Positions 42,754 to 52,369 of a DNA stretch of 64,000 bases are shown in pieces. The notes beneath the pieces are model-generated. The model was given only the letters and a program-made list of their open reading frames with translations, made no database searches and was not told the DNA's origin. The stretch comes from Thermoanaerobaculia bacterium. Lineage in GTDB: Bacteria > Acidobacteriota > Thermoanaerobaculia > Multivoradales > JAHZIX01. The DNA lies in assembly GCA_027069135.1 (NCBI GenBank), contig JALXFE010000182.1, positions 67,175-131,174 on the forward strand. The letters run 5' to 3'. Made by a program: the position numbers and the translations under genes. Position 1 is the first letter of the stretch, and every line of letters starts with the position of its first letter.

Positions 42754-44688
42754 ATGTGCGTACTCACCGTCGTGTCTCAGGAACACCAGGCTACCGCTAT
42801 GACCCGATGGGGCTTTAGGGTCGCCCAAGCCAAAGAGCAGGACCTCATCATCCTGTGGGTGGAAAAGGGGGATGAAGCGGCTCGGGCCGAGGAGGTGAGC
42901 CTGGAGGACACGGCGGATCCGCAGCGCCAGATCGGTGGCATCCCGGAGATCCTTGCGACCTTGGCCGAACTTCAGGACGCCTTGCCGGCGGGGGTCGAAG
43001 GGCCCTCCCTGGAGCTCAAGGTGCTGGCCCACCCGGAACGGTTGGAGGGGGTCTTACGAGAGGTTGAGCTCTCAGCCGCTCGTTGGTTGGTGGTCGCTCA
43101 GCCCCGGGGCCCGAGAGGCCAGGGCCGGCGATTGGGGCGTCGATTGTTCCGTCGGGTGCGTTGCTCCGCTCTATTGCTTCGCCCGGGGAGTTCCGAAGAA
43201 CAACCCTTTCGCCGAATCCTCGTCCCCGCCGCCGGGGGGCCAAGCTCCCTGCGCGCCCTCGACCTGGGGGCTCGTCTGGCTCGGAAGGACGGTGGGAAGG
43301 TCGTGGCTCTCTACGTCGAACAGGGCTCCGATCAGCTCGCCGAAGCCGTCGGGCAGAAGATTCTGGGAGACGCGCTGCGGGCAGCCGGCCTCGAAAGCTC
43401 AACCGACCTGACGGTAGAGTCTCGGGTCGAGTTGGCGAACTCGGAGGTCGCGGGTATTGAAGGTGTCCTCGAGGATGGCTGGGATCTGGTGATCGTTGGC
43501 GCTTCGGGCCGAGGTCTCCTACGCCGGAAGTTGTTCAGAACCGTTCCGGAGCGCCTCCTCACCGGAAACGAAAGTGCCACGGTTGGGGTCGTTAGAGGAC
43601 CGAGGCCCCCGTCGGCGCGTCTGCGGGAGGGCTTCGAACAGGCTCTCGATCTTTCGGTCCCTCAGCTCGAGCGGGACGACCGGGTCAGCCTGGTGGAGAA
43701 GCTGCAACTCCAATCCCGCTGGAGCTTCGATTTTCTCGCCCTCATCGCCCTCTCGACGACCATCGCGGCCCTGGGTCTCCTGCAGGATAGTGCTGCGGTG
43801 GTCATCGGCGCGATGCTCGTCGCCCCCTTGATGACCCCGTTGTTGGGCGCCGGGCTGGCCCTCGTCCAGGGCAACCTACCGTTGATGAGGACGGCATCCC
43901 AAGCCATCGTCCTCGGTTTCCTGACGGCCGTCGCGATCAGTTTCGGAGCGGGCGCTCTTGTGCCCTTACCGCAGTTGACCTCCCAACTTGCCGCCCGCGG
44001 CCAGCCGACTCTGTTGGATCTCGGCGTTGCCTTCTTCTCGGGAATTGCCGCGGCCTATTGCCTCGGTCGTCCGAACTTGAGCGCAGCCCTTCCCGGGGTG
44101 GCGATCGCCGCAGCTCTGGTTCCTCCCATCGCGACTTTGGGAATTTCTTTGGCCATGGGTGAAAGGGAGGTGGCCCGGGGTGCGGGAATCCTCTTCGGAA
44201 CGAACGTCTTTACGATCATCCTCGGCGCCGCAACGAGTTTTTTCTTTTCTGGAATTCGCCCTAATCGTGGCTTGAATCGTGCCAATCGATGGGCTCGGAC
44301 GATGTTGGTGGTTCTGGTCCTTGCAGTGGCTGGGCTGGCGATTCCCTTGGGGTCCTTCCTGGTATCGCAGCTCCGGGCGGTAAGGCAGCCCGGTGGGGTG
44401 ACTCAGGAGCTGCATAGATCTCTGGAAGAGGGCCTCGCCACTCAAGGCTACGAGCTGACGAGCGCCCTTTGGAACCGTCGAGGGTCGCAGCCGGTGGAGC
44501 TGGTCCTACGGGTCGTCGGGGCAGACCCTCCGAGAGAAGATCTCGTCGAGGAATTAGCGCAGCGTGCGGCAGCCATCCTCAAGGGTCCGGTGGACCTGCG
44601 CCTGCACACCGAGTTGGTTGCGGAATCCCAGGCAGCTCCCACCGCTCCCACCGCGCCCGCCGACGAGCCGAGCCATTTCATCCCTTGA
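42754..44688 (+). CDS. Universal stress protein domains fused to a DUF389 membrane domain
   Basis: RRILVPAAGGP...DLVIVGAS USP motifs; SAAVVIGAMLVAPLMTP, LPGVAIAAALVPP. Confidence 0.88.
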   Translation: MCVLTVVSQEHQATAMTRWGFRVAQAKEQDLIILWVEKGDEAARAEEVSLEDTADPQRQIGGIPEILATLAELQDALPAGVEGPSLELKVLAHPERLEGVLREVELSAARWLVVAQPRGPRGQGRRLGRRLFRRVRCSALLLRPGSSEEQPFRRILVPAAGGPSSLRALDLGARLARKDGGKVVALYVEQGSDQLAEAVGQKILGDALRAAGLESSTDLTVESRVELANSEVAGIEGVLEDGWDLVIVGASGRGLLRRKLFRTVPERLLTGNESATVGVVRGPRPPSARLREGFEQALDLSVPQLERDDRVSLVEKLQLQSRWSFDFLALIALSTTIAALGLLQDSAAVVIGAMLVAPLMTPLLGAGLALVQGNLPLMRTASQAIVLGFLTAVAISFGAGALVPLPQLTSQLAARGQPTLLDLGVAFFSGIAAAYCLGRPNLSAALPGVAIAAALVPPIATLGISLAMGEREVARGAGILFGTNVFTIILGAATSFFFSGIRPNRGLNRANRWARTMLVVLVLAVAGLAIPLGSFLVSQLRAVRQPGGVTQELHRSLEEGLATQGYELTSALWNRRGSQPVELVLRVVGADPPREDLVEELAQRAAAILKGPVDLRLHTELVAESQAAPTAPTAPADEPSHFIP

Positions 44689-44981
44689 CGCTTGCCCTCC
44701 GCCCGACTCGGAAGCCCACGGTGGAGCCGAAGAAATAGATACAGGAAACATTTCAAGATATTGGGTGTGTCAAACTTAATTTTCATGAATGTTTGATGGT
44801 CCCTGGGTTGTGTATTCGATCCCTGCAAAGCTTTCGTTCAAATCGAGGAGGGGGACACGGTTTGGAGCGTTTGCAGAGCATTTCTCTCCCTCGGATCCCG
44901 CCCGTAAAGGGCCCGATCAATAGAAAACTTTTGTTGTTTAGAAGTCTTTGTGCATATTGCCCCGTGTCGATCTTTCGTTCC

Positions 44982-45010
44982 TTGCTTCAGATTAGAAATA
45001 TATCCATAAT
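44982..45010 (+). promoter_or_regulatory. sigma70-like promoter in an AT-rich intergenic region
   Basis: TTGCTT-17 nt-CATAAT upstream of the CRTAC1 gene. Confidence 0.55.
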
Positions 45011-45120
45011 CGTGAGGCGATATTTTCTGTTCCTGTGCGTTTCATTCAGCAGCCGGCGAGAGGACTGTTTGGCCCACCTACAAGTTCTGGTGGTGCAACT
45101 TGAAGAACAGGAGGATGAGT

Positions 45121-47181
45121 ATGTCTAAGGAGTTTCTTTGGTTCGGGAGATGTGGTAGTTTCTGTTCGTCCCTTCTAGTGATCTGTCTTCTAGGACTCGG
45201 TCTACTTACGCCAACTCCAGGCGCCGGCCAGGACATTTCTTTTCGGAATCGTTCCGAGGAGGTAGGTGTCGCCGGCTATCAGAGACAGCGGTCGGTTACG
45301 GCCGCCAGGGCGGAAGCTGTGTTTGCACTCGGAACGGTTACCATGAATGATTTCATCGGAAGCTATCCCATCAAGCCCTGGGGGGCCCCCGGCGTTGCGA
45401 TCCTGGACTTCGATGGAGACGGTGACGAGGATATCTACGTTACCAATGGTCCTGGTGCGGCCAACAGCCTCTACTCAAACCAGCTCCTCGAGAGTGGAAC
45501 CCTGAGCTTTCTTGACGTTGCGGCCCTGGCCGGAGTGACGTTGACAGATCAGGACAGCACCGGTGTCTGTCTGGGCGATACCGACAACGATGGCGACCCG
45601 GACCTCTACGTTCTCGGGCGCAGCGAGGCGAACCGTTTCCTCGAAAATTTAGGGAATGGAACGTTCGACGACCGGACGGTGCCGAGTGGCCTCGGTGGGG
45701 GAGATCGTTCCTCTAGCTCATGTGCAATGGGGGATGTCGACGGCGACGGACTGCTGGATATTGCCGTAGCCAATAATTTTGATATGAGGTCCAATTTTGC
45801 GATTTTCGTAGAACCATTTGCTCTCAACCAGATGAATGAACTGTTCCTCAACGAGGGTGGAAACAGTTTCACCGCTTCCGGGGTTGAGTCCGGCTTTGCC
45901 AACGTTCAAGAGATCACTTGGGCCATCGCGATGGTGGACCTGGATCTTGACGGGGATATGGATATTGTCACCGCGAGCGACAACGGCGGTATTCCGTTTG
46001 CCGTTTTCGGCGGCGTCGACCGGGGTTTCCTGCGGTTCTACAGCAATGACGGTGGGGGGCGGTTCACGGACCTTACGGCTCCAGCGGGCCTGTTAAACCC
46101 TGGAGACTGGATGGGTTTGGCCTTCGGAGACTTTGATGGCAACGGCCGCTTGGACATTTTTGGCTCGAATACCGGGGACTACTTCGAACCCTTTTTCGGA
46201 ATACCAGGAGGACTCGGGGACCAGGCGAGCCGTTGGTTTCTTCAAGGGGAGAACGGTGTCTTCAGTGATCCCGGTGTGGGGTCCACCGTCGCTTCACCCT
46301 TCGGCTGGGGTGCCGCCGCCGTGGACTATGACAATGATGGCCGCACAGACCTTATGTATTTCGGCGGCCTGGACGCCGGAGCCATCGTCGATTCATCCAA
46401 CCCCGGCATCGTCCTGCACAATACCGGCGGCGCGGTCTTTGACTATGACAGCCAGGCCCTGGCGGGCTCCGTCGATCACTCCCTGAGGGTCGAACATGGG
46501 GTCGCGGTCGGGGATTTGAATCGGGACGGCTTTCCGGACATCGTTTCTGTCGCCTCGAGTCGTTTGGGCCCGAACCTGCCGCCTGGGTTGATTCCGTATC
46601 CTTTCGAATACGGCTCTCCCTTCGACGGGACCGCGGCTTTCTTTCCTACCTTTCTTCCCGGAGAAAATCCAGGGGAATTGATCTATAGCGGTGCTTCGTT
46701 TCCCCGGGGTGATCTGGCGGTGGAGATCAGCAGTGGCAATGGCAATCGGTGGGTGAGAGCCGAGGCCTTGGGGACGATCGGTCTCACCTCCGCTGGTGTC
46801 ACCAATCGGAGTGGGATCGGTGCCGTGTTCAGCTTTACACCGAGCCGAGGGAATCAGTCCATCCAGCCGGTGGTGGGCGGTGGAAGCTATGCATCCCAAC
46901 ACTCTCTGGCCCAGATCTTCGGCTTGGGGCAGGCCCGGCGGGGAACCCTGGAGGTGCTATGGCCCGGCGGAGTTCGAAACCGACTCTATGGCGTCGGTAG
47001 CCGGGAAGAAATTCTCTTTCCGGAGATCCCTTGCAGTTTCGAGGACAGGTCCCAATCCTTTTTCTCTTATGTCGGCTGCCTTCATCTCTCGCTTCATGAG
47101 CTCAGAGCCGAGGGCGTCTTGAACAACAGACAGAAGGCCCGCTTCTTTCGCAGCGCGCTGTTGGCCTTTTTCTATCCTTGA
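45121..47181 (+). CDS. CRTAC1-family FG-GAP / ASPIC-UnbV exported protein
   Basis: AGGAGG RBS; signal peptide; DFDGDGDED repeats; GGSYASQH...FGLG...VLWPGG. Confidence 0.88.
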   Translation: MSKEFLWFGRCGSFCSSLLVICLLGLGLLTPTPGAGQDISFRNRSEEVGVAGYQRQRSVTAARAEAVFALGTVTMNDFIGSYPIKPWGAPGVAILDFDGDGDEDIYVTNGPGAANSLYSNQLLESGTLSFLDVAALAGVTLTDQDSTGVCLGDTDNDGDPDLYVLGRSEANRFLENLGNGTFDDRTVPSGLGGGDRSSSSCAMGDVDGDGLLDIAVANNFDMRSNFAIFVEPFALNQMNELFLNEGGNSFTASGVESGFANVQEITWAIAMVDLDLDGDMDIVTASDNGGIPFAVFGGVDRGFLRFYSNDGGGRFTDLTAPAGLLNPGDWMGLAFGDFDGNGRLDIFGSNTGDYFEPFFGIPGGLGDQASRWFLQGENGVFSDPGVGSTVASPFGWGAAAVDYDNDGRTDLMYFGGLDAGAIVDSSNPGIVLHNTGGAVFDYDSQALAGSVDHSLRVEHGVAVGDLNRDGFPDIVSVASSRLGPNLPPGLIPYPFEYGSPFDGTAAFFPTFLPGENPGELIYSGASFPRGDLAVEISSGNGNRWVRAEALGTIGLTSAGVTNRSGIGAVFSFTPSRGNQSIQPVVGGGSYASQHSLAQIFGLGQARRGTLEVLWPGGVRNRLYGVGSREEILFPEIPCSFEDRSQSFFSYVGCLHLSLHELRAEGVLNNRQKARFFRSALLAFFYP

Positions 47182-47282
47182 GAATTCAAAGCTTCAGATT
47201 TTTCTTCCCCCTAGGCCGGACGAGGCTTAGGGGGATTTTTGTGTTAGTGCTCGTCAATATTATGGTAAGAGAGGGAGGTTCT

Positions 47283-48629
47283 ATGATGTTTCTATTACGA
47301 ACGGGGCACCGGTTTCGCCGGCCTGTTCAAAGGGCGGAGGGGGTGCTCCGAGGAGCCCGGCTGCTCCTGGCTTGGGTGTTCCTTTCAGCGCTACCGGTGG
47401 CCGCCGGCAACGGCCATTTCCTCCATGGTGTGGGAGCTGTGAATAGCTCTCTCGGTGGAGCGGGAGTTGCATTCGCGGCAGACGGCTTAGGGGCCATCAA
47501 TCTGAACCCGGCGTTGCTCACGGCCTTTGAGGGATCCCGGGTAGATTTCGGCGTAGAGTTTCTGACTCAGGATCTCTCGGTGGAGAGCTCGGTGGGTCCG
47601 TTCTCGGGTTCGACGAACGATGACACCGATCTCGCTGCGTTGCCCGCTTTCGCTTGGATTTGGCATCCTAAAGGGAGTCGCCTGGCCTTTGGGTTCGGAT
47701 TCTTGGCTCTGGCAGGATTTCAGACCGACTACCCTCAGGATTCGACGAATCCGGTCCTCCTACCCCAGCCGCTGGGGTTTGGTCGAACCTTGGCGGACTA
47801 CCAATTCGCCCGCATTCCCTTGGCTTTGGCCTATCAGGCCACCGACAAGCTGAGCGTGGGGGCGAGTTTCAGCCTGGGACGGGCTGCCCTGGACTCTTCT
47901 CCTTTTGCCGGGGCCAGTCCCGATTGCACCTCGCCGGTGAGCTGCTTTTACCCGGCCGCGACCCCGCAGGACTCAGCCCTGGGTTTTGCCGTCCAGGTGG
48001 GGCTCTTCTTCGAGCCCTCGGAGAAGCTCTCTTTCGGTGTGTCTTACACGACGGCTCATGATTTCGAGAGTTTCAAATGGAATTCCACCGTCGCCCATCC
48101 GGACCTGCCCAACTTTGGCGAGAACCGTAGCTTCGAATTCACCCTGGATGCCCCTCAACGACTCACCTTGGGGCTCGGCTTTGCGCCCGCCAAGGACTGG
48201 AACCTGGCCTTGGATGTCACCTGGATCAACTATTCCGATACCGAGGGCTTTTCCGGTGGCAACCTCGATCCGCGAACGGGCGCTATCGACGGTCTCGGCT
48301 GGGAAGACATCGTCGTGATCGCCGGGGGTGTGGAGCATCGCAGACCGGGGGGACTCGCCCTGCGGGGCGGATTCAATATCTCCGAATCGGCAGTCCCGGA
48401 GGATCTGGCGTTCTTCAATATTCAGGCTCCCGCGATTCAGGAAAACCACCTGACGGTGGGCTTGGGCATTCCTACGGGGCCTGTGGAAGTGAACCTGGCG
48501 TATTACCACGTCTTCAAGGCCGATATCAGCGGGCCGTTTCTGTCGCCGGCGGGTCCGGTGCCCGGAAGCCGAGTCACGAGCGAGATCAGCATCGATTCTT
48601 TGCTGCTCTCCCTCTCGTTCACCCGATAA
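47283..48629 (+). CDS. OmpP1/FadL/TodX-family outer membrane transporter
   Basis: GHFLHGVGAVNSSLGGAGVA...NPA hatch motif; beta-barrel strands. Confidence 0.88.
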   Translation: MMFLLRTGHRFRRPVQRAEGVLRGARLLLAWVFLSALPVAAGNGHFLHGVGAVNSSLGGAGVAFAADGLGAINLNPALLTAFEGSRVDFGVEFLTQDLSVESSVGPFSGSTNDDTDLAALPAFAWIWHPKGSRLAFGFGFLALAGFQTDYPQDSTNPVLLPQPLGFGRTLADYQFARIPLALAYQATDKLSVGASFSLGRAALDSSPFAGASPDCTSPVSCFYPAATPQDSALGFAVQVGLFFEPSEKLSFGVSYTTAHDFESFKWNSTVAHPDLPNFGENRSFEFTLDAPQRLTLGLGFAPAKDWNLALDVTWINYSDTEGFSGGNLDPRTGAIDGLGWEDIVVIAGGVEHRRPGGLALRGGFNISESAVPEDLAFFNIQAPAIQENHLTVGLGIPTGPVEVNLAYYHVFKADISGPFLSPAGPVPGSRVTSEISIDSLLLSLSFTR

Positions 48630-48695
48630 GGATTCGAGACTCGTCCCGGTGAATCTCGTGCCGGGCGCAATTTGGTCAAGGAGAAAATCAGGAAA

Positions 48696-49088
48696 ATGTA
48701 CACGATTGAAAATAAGGACTATGGACTCTTGGTCACCATCGTCGGAGGCCTAGACCGCTCGGACGCAGAGGGTTGGCTCAAGAGCATGGAGAAAGCTCTC
48801 GAGAAGGTAGAGCGGCCCTTCGGCATCCTGGTCGACGTGCGGGAAGCGAAGCTTTTTCAGCAGGAGGCTCAGGCATCGCTGAAGCAAGGGATGGAGGCCT
48901 GTGCCAAGGCAGGCATGGAACGCGCCGCCGTCGCCCTCAACGGAGCCGTCGCGACCTTGCAGGCCCGGAGGCTTGCCCGGGAGACGGAGATCGATTCTTG
49001 GCAACGCTATGTCGATGCGGCTTCCGATCCCTCTTGGCGTCAGAAAGCCTTGGGCTGGATCATGCATGGGCGAGATCCCGAGACCTAG
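48696..49088 (+). CDS. Small STAS/SEC14 (SpoIIAA-like) protein
   Basis: FGILVDVRE...GMERAAVAL...ALGWI pattern. Confidence 0.6.
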   Translation: MYTIENKDYGLLVTIVGGLDRSDAEGWLKSMEKALEKVERPFGILVDVREAKLFQQEAQASLKQGMEACAKAGMERAAVALNGAVATLQARRLARETEIDSWQRYVDAASDPSWRQKALGWIMHGRDPET

Positions 49089-49363
49089 GATTCGGAGATC
49101 TAAGATCTCAGTCCAAAGATGACCCTAATCCCGCGGTGGGCCGGAGCTCCAAACTTCGGTCCACCCCTTCGAACCCCCGTCTTTTCTCCCCGTCTATCGT
49201 ATACATTCTGCTACTAAAATATCCCCTTAGATAGCTAGCTTTCGCCTCAGCGTATTCCCGGCCGGGAGAGCCTTCCTTCCTCGGCAGGGAGATGCTGTCT
49301 CTAGAAAATCGATCATGCCTGGCGGAGGGCTGCTATGGTCTGCTATGAATTGCTCTAGAGATC

Positions 49364-50608
49364 ATGAAAAAGCTTGGAGAGATACTACGGAGCGTGCTCC
49401 TACCCGAATTAAGCCCTCGCAGTCGCCGCGAGGTCGAACAAGTTATGGGGGAGCTTGAAAGCCTTCGCCGTCGCTATCGGCGGCTGCGACCACGTCTACG
49501 CCGACAACGGGAGGAGGCGGTGATCCTCTGCGAGGACTTGCTCTCTTACGGACCGGACGAACGGTTTCGACGGATCCGACTGACTCGACATCGGCTTCGC
49601 AGCCGGCCCTTGGTGGAAGAGCTTCTCCGTCGAAGCTTCGTCGCTGGCTTCGAAGACCCTTGGGAAGCCCGTCATCTGGCGGAGCTGGCCTCTCAGGTGA
49701 CGATCTCTTTATTCGGAGCCAAAGAGCTCGCCGGGGGTACCCGGGGTTTGAACGATCTCCAGGGCTCGGCGCTGGCCCATCGGGGGCATGCCTGCCGTCG
49801 CGACGGTCGTCCGGCGGAGGCGAAGGACTTTTTCGAAAGGTCATTGCAATTCCTGGGATTGGGGACGGGAAGCCGTCGGAGGTTGGCGGAAGCTCAGTTG
49901 TTCCACGGTCAATTCTTGCGGGATTTGCGGCAGTGGGAGGAGGCGAGGAAGGTCTTGGAGGAGGCCCGGAAAACCTTCGAGGAGCTGGGGGATGACCCTG
50001 CCCAGGGACGAGCTCTCGTCCTGCTGGCCTCGGTTCTCTGTGGCCGCGGAGATGACTCCGGGGCCATAGCGGCGCTCCTGAAGGCCTGTGTCCTGGTCGA
50101 CGAGACTCGGGATCCCCTTCTGACCCGGTCCTGCTGGAACCAGGTCGCCGCGATCTACGCAGAGGTGGGCCATGAAGACGCTGCCAACGGGCTGTTGGAG
50201 GAGTCGGAGGCGTATTTCGAGAACCTCGGCGGGGGTTCTGCCGCCGCTGCCCGTCGATCCTGGGCTGTAGCTCGAATGCGGATCGCTGGGCAGCATTGGG
50301 AGGAGGCGCGGGTCGCCCTCAAGGAAGCTCGGGCCTCTCTACTCGACCGAGGGTTTCGGATCGAAGGGGCCCTTGCGAGCCTGGATCTGGGGGTAGCTCT
50401 CACGGCTTTGGGAAGGAGTCGCGAGCTCAAATCCGTGGCGGAAGAGACCTGTCGCCGGGTAGCGGGGGAGTCCCTCGGGCGGGAGCTGTCTGCGGCCATG
50501 GGGGCCTTCCTCGAAGCCTGCCGAGAAGGTCTGCCAGCTGAGCGGGTGTTGCTTCAGTTGCGAGGCGCGAGTCGGAGATATCGGTATTTGGGAGATTGGG
50601 GAGGGTAA
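49364..50608 (+). CDS. Cytoplasmic TPR-like helical repeat protein
   Basis: Repeated A-x-x-x-L-x-x-A helices (WEEARKVLEEARKTF, WEEARVALKEARASL); coupled to the sigma factor. Confidence 0.7.
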   Translation: MKKLGEILRSVLLPELSPRSRREVEQVMGELESLRRRYRRLRPRLRRQREEAVILCEDLLSYGPDERFRRIRLTRHRLRSRPLVEELLRRSFVAGFEDPWEARHLAELASQVTISLFGAKELAGGTRGLNDLQGSALAHRGHACRRDGRPAEAKDFFERSLQFLGLGTGSRRRLAEAQLFHGQFLRDLRQWEEARKVLEEARKTFEELGDDPAQGRALVLLASVLCGRGDDSGAIAALLKACVLVDETRDPLLTRSCWNQVAAIYAEVGHEDAANGLLEESEAYFENLGGGSAAAARRSWAVARMRIAGQHWEEARVALKEARASLLDRGFRIEGALASLDLGVALTALGRSRELKSVAEETCRRVAGESLGRELSAAMGAFLEACREGLPAERVLLQLRGASRRYRYLGDWGG

Positions 50609-51180
50609 TGAAGAGCCCAAAGGAAGAACGACGCAACCCTGTTGATCGGGTCTCTAAGATCCCCGCGCCGGACAAGAGAGCTGTAGCAGCTCTAGGAGAG
50701 GTGGAGCCGCAGCTGCGCCAGATCTTGGCGCGGCATTCCATTCCTACCCAAGATGGGAAGGACTTGATCCAAGATGCCTTCCTCGTTCTTCTTGGCCGAT
50801 TGAGAAGCGCCGATCGACCGGTGGAGCGACCGGCGGGTTTTCTTCTGGGAATCCTGCGGCGCCTCTGTGTCGGTTACTGGCGCCGAAAGCGGGCGCGGCC
50901 GGAAGATCCGCTCGAGGATTTCGAGTTGGGATATCCACCCCATCAATTGCAGGTGGACCACCAGCGTCTCCTGCGGCGGCTGCTCGAAGAGGTCAACGTT
51001 CGCCATCGGCGGCTGGTCTTGCTGAGGCTGGTCGGGGGCTACGAGGCGGTGGAGGTCGCGCAGGGGAGCGGCCTCGCGCCGGGAAGCGTGCGTAAGAGTA
51101 TTCTGCGAGCCTGCCAGAGGATGCAGGCGAAGGCGAGAGAGGACAATGCCGCCCTGCGCCGCATCGTCTCGGGTCGCTGA
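50608..51180 (+). CDS. ECF-type sigma factor
   Basis: TAATG overlap; KDLIQDAFLVLL (region 2); GYEAVEVAQ.SGL..GSVRK (region 4). Confidence 0.8.
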   Translation: MKSPKEERRNPVDRVSKIPAPDKRAVAALGEVEPQLRQILARHSIPTQDGKDLIQDAFLVLLGRLRSADRPVERPAGFLLGILRRLCVGYWRRKRARPEDPLEDFELGYPPHQLQVDHQRLLRRLLEEVNVRHRRLVLLRLVGGYEAVEVAQGSGLAPGSVRKSILRACQRMQAKAREDNAALRRIVSGR

Positions 51181-51237
51181 GGTCTCGGGTTGCTGAAGTC
51201 TCGGGTCGCTGAGGTCTCAGGTTGCTGAGGTCTCAGG
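51166..51237. repeat. Tandem 16-bp repeat, 4.5 copies of GTCTCRGGTYGCTGAR
   Basis: Units start at 51166, 51182, 51198 and 51214, with a partial unit at 51230; no spacers. Confidence 0.9.
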
Positions 51238-52278
51238 GAGAAGGGCGGGGAGAAGGGTGGCGCCAAGACTGCCACGATCATCCCCGAGCTCGGCGGCAAC
51301 GAGGCACTCCTCACGCTTTTTTTCGCCGTCCGGGGTCGGGGGCAGGCGAGCGTGGAAGCCTTGGCGTAACTTCTCGAGGTACCCAGGGGCCTTGAGAGCG
51401 ATCGAGCCACCGACGATGATCCGCCGCAAGGGTCGGCCGTTGCTCGAGGCTTCTACGGCAAGCTGCCCTAAGGAGACGGCGACCAGGTTCGCAGAATGAG
51501 CCAGCCATCGACGGCTGTAGTCATCTCCGGCCGCCGCGGCCCGGCTCAGATCCCGGGCCGCCACGGCTTTTACGCGCTGGGCTACCCTTCGCGGGGAGAG
51601 CTCCGGGGTCGCGAAGAGCCGGGTCCTTTCCTCGAGGGCACTCAAGCCTCCGGTTTCGAGCAGAGCGGTCAATTCCTCGCCCACCCGCCGGGCCAAGGCT
51701 GCCCCGCTGGCCAGGCGGTCCAGGCAGAGGTCCGGCCATCGGGGATCCGGAAAGGTATTCTTGCCGGGTTCGATATTGACCGCTCGGGCGGTCCCGCCGG
51801 CCTGTTCGAGTCGGGCGCCGCCGATGCCGGTACTGACGGTGAGATAGAGGAAGCTCCCACAACCTCGGCCGGCACCCCACCGAGCTTCCGCCAAGGCCGC
51901 GGCACAGGCGTCGTTGCCGAGGGCCACCGTGCCTCTATATCCGAGCCGACGCCGCAGGGCATGGACCAGCAACCGATGAGGATCGAGGCCCACGAAGAGG
52001 GGCAGGTTGGGTGCGGTCAAGACAATGCCCGTCGTGGTCTCGAAATCCGCTGGAAATCCCATCCCGACGGCCTCCAGCCGAGGAAGCTCGGCGCCCACCT
52101 CCGCCAGCAGGGATTCGACGTTCTGCGCCAGCATCGCCATGAGCTCTTCCGGGCGGGCGGGCTTGGGGGTTGCGAAGGTGGAGGAGGCCAATGCCTCTCC
52201 ACCCTCGGTCACCAGGCTGAGGGCGACCTTGGTGCCGCCGACATCGATGCCGCAGCGCATGCCTCTAGCCTTGCCCAT
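51217..52278 (-). CDS. ROK-family sugar kinase (glucokinase-like)
   Basis: GIDVGGTK, NDACAAALAEARWGAG, YLTVSTGIGG, IIVGGSI. Start may instead be 52260. Confidence 0.88.
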   Translation of the reverse strand: MGKARGMRCGIDVGGTKVALSLVTEGGEALASSTFATPKPARPEELMAMLAQNVESLLAEVGAELPRLEAVGMGFPADFETTTGIVLTAPNLPLFVGLDPHRLLVHALRRRLGYRGTVALGNDACAAALAEARWGAGRGCGSFLYLTVSTGIGGARLEQAGGTARAVNIEPGKNTFPDPRWPDLCLDRLASGAALARRVGEELTALLETGGLSALEERTRLFATPELSPRRVAQRVKAVAARDLSRAAAAGDDYSRRWLAHSANLVAVSLGQLAVEASSNGRPLRRIIVGGSIALKAPGYLEKLRQGFHARLPPTPDGEKKREECLVAAELGDDRGSLGATLLPALLPETSAT

Positions 52279-52369
52279 GATCTGGGATCGTACCCGATCC
52301 CACGCCCTCCGGGATTTCCCGGATCGCCGGATTTCTCGGATTCCGAGGCCTCCGATACCATGCTCGACC

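Noticed and set aside
44793-45128. 111-aa ORF in the AT-rich intergenic region
   Set aside because: Atypical codon usage, no RBS, and it spans a predicted promoter.
51166-51237. Possible CRISPR array
   Set aside because: Units are directly tandem 16-mers with no spacers, and no cas genes are in the window.
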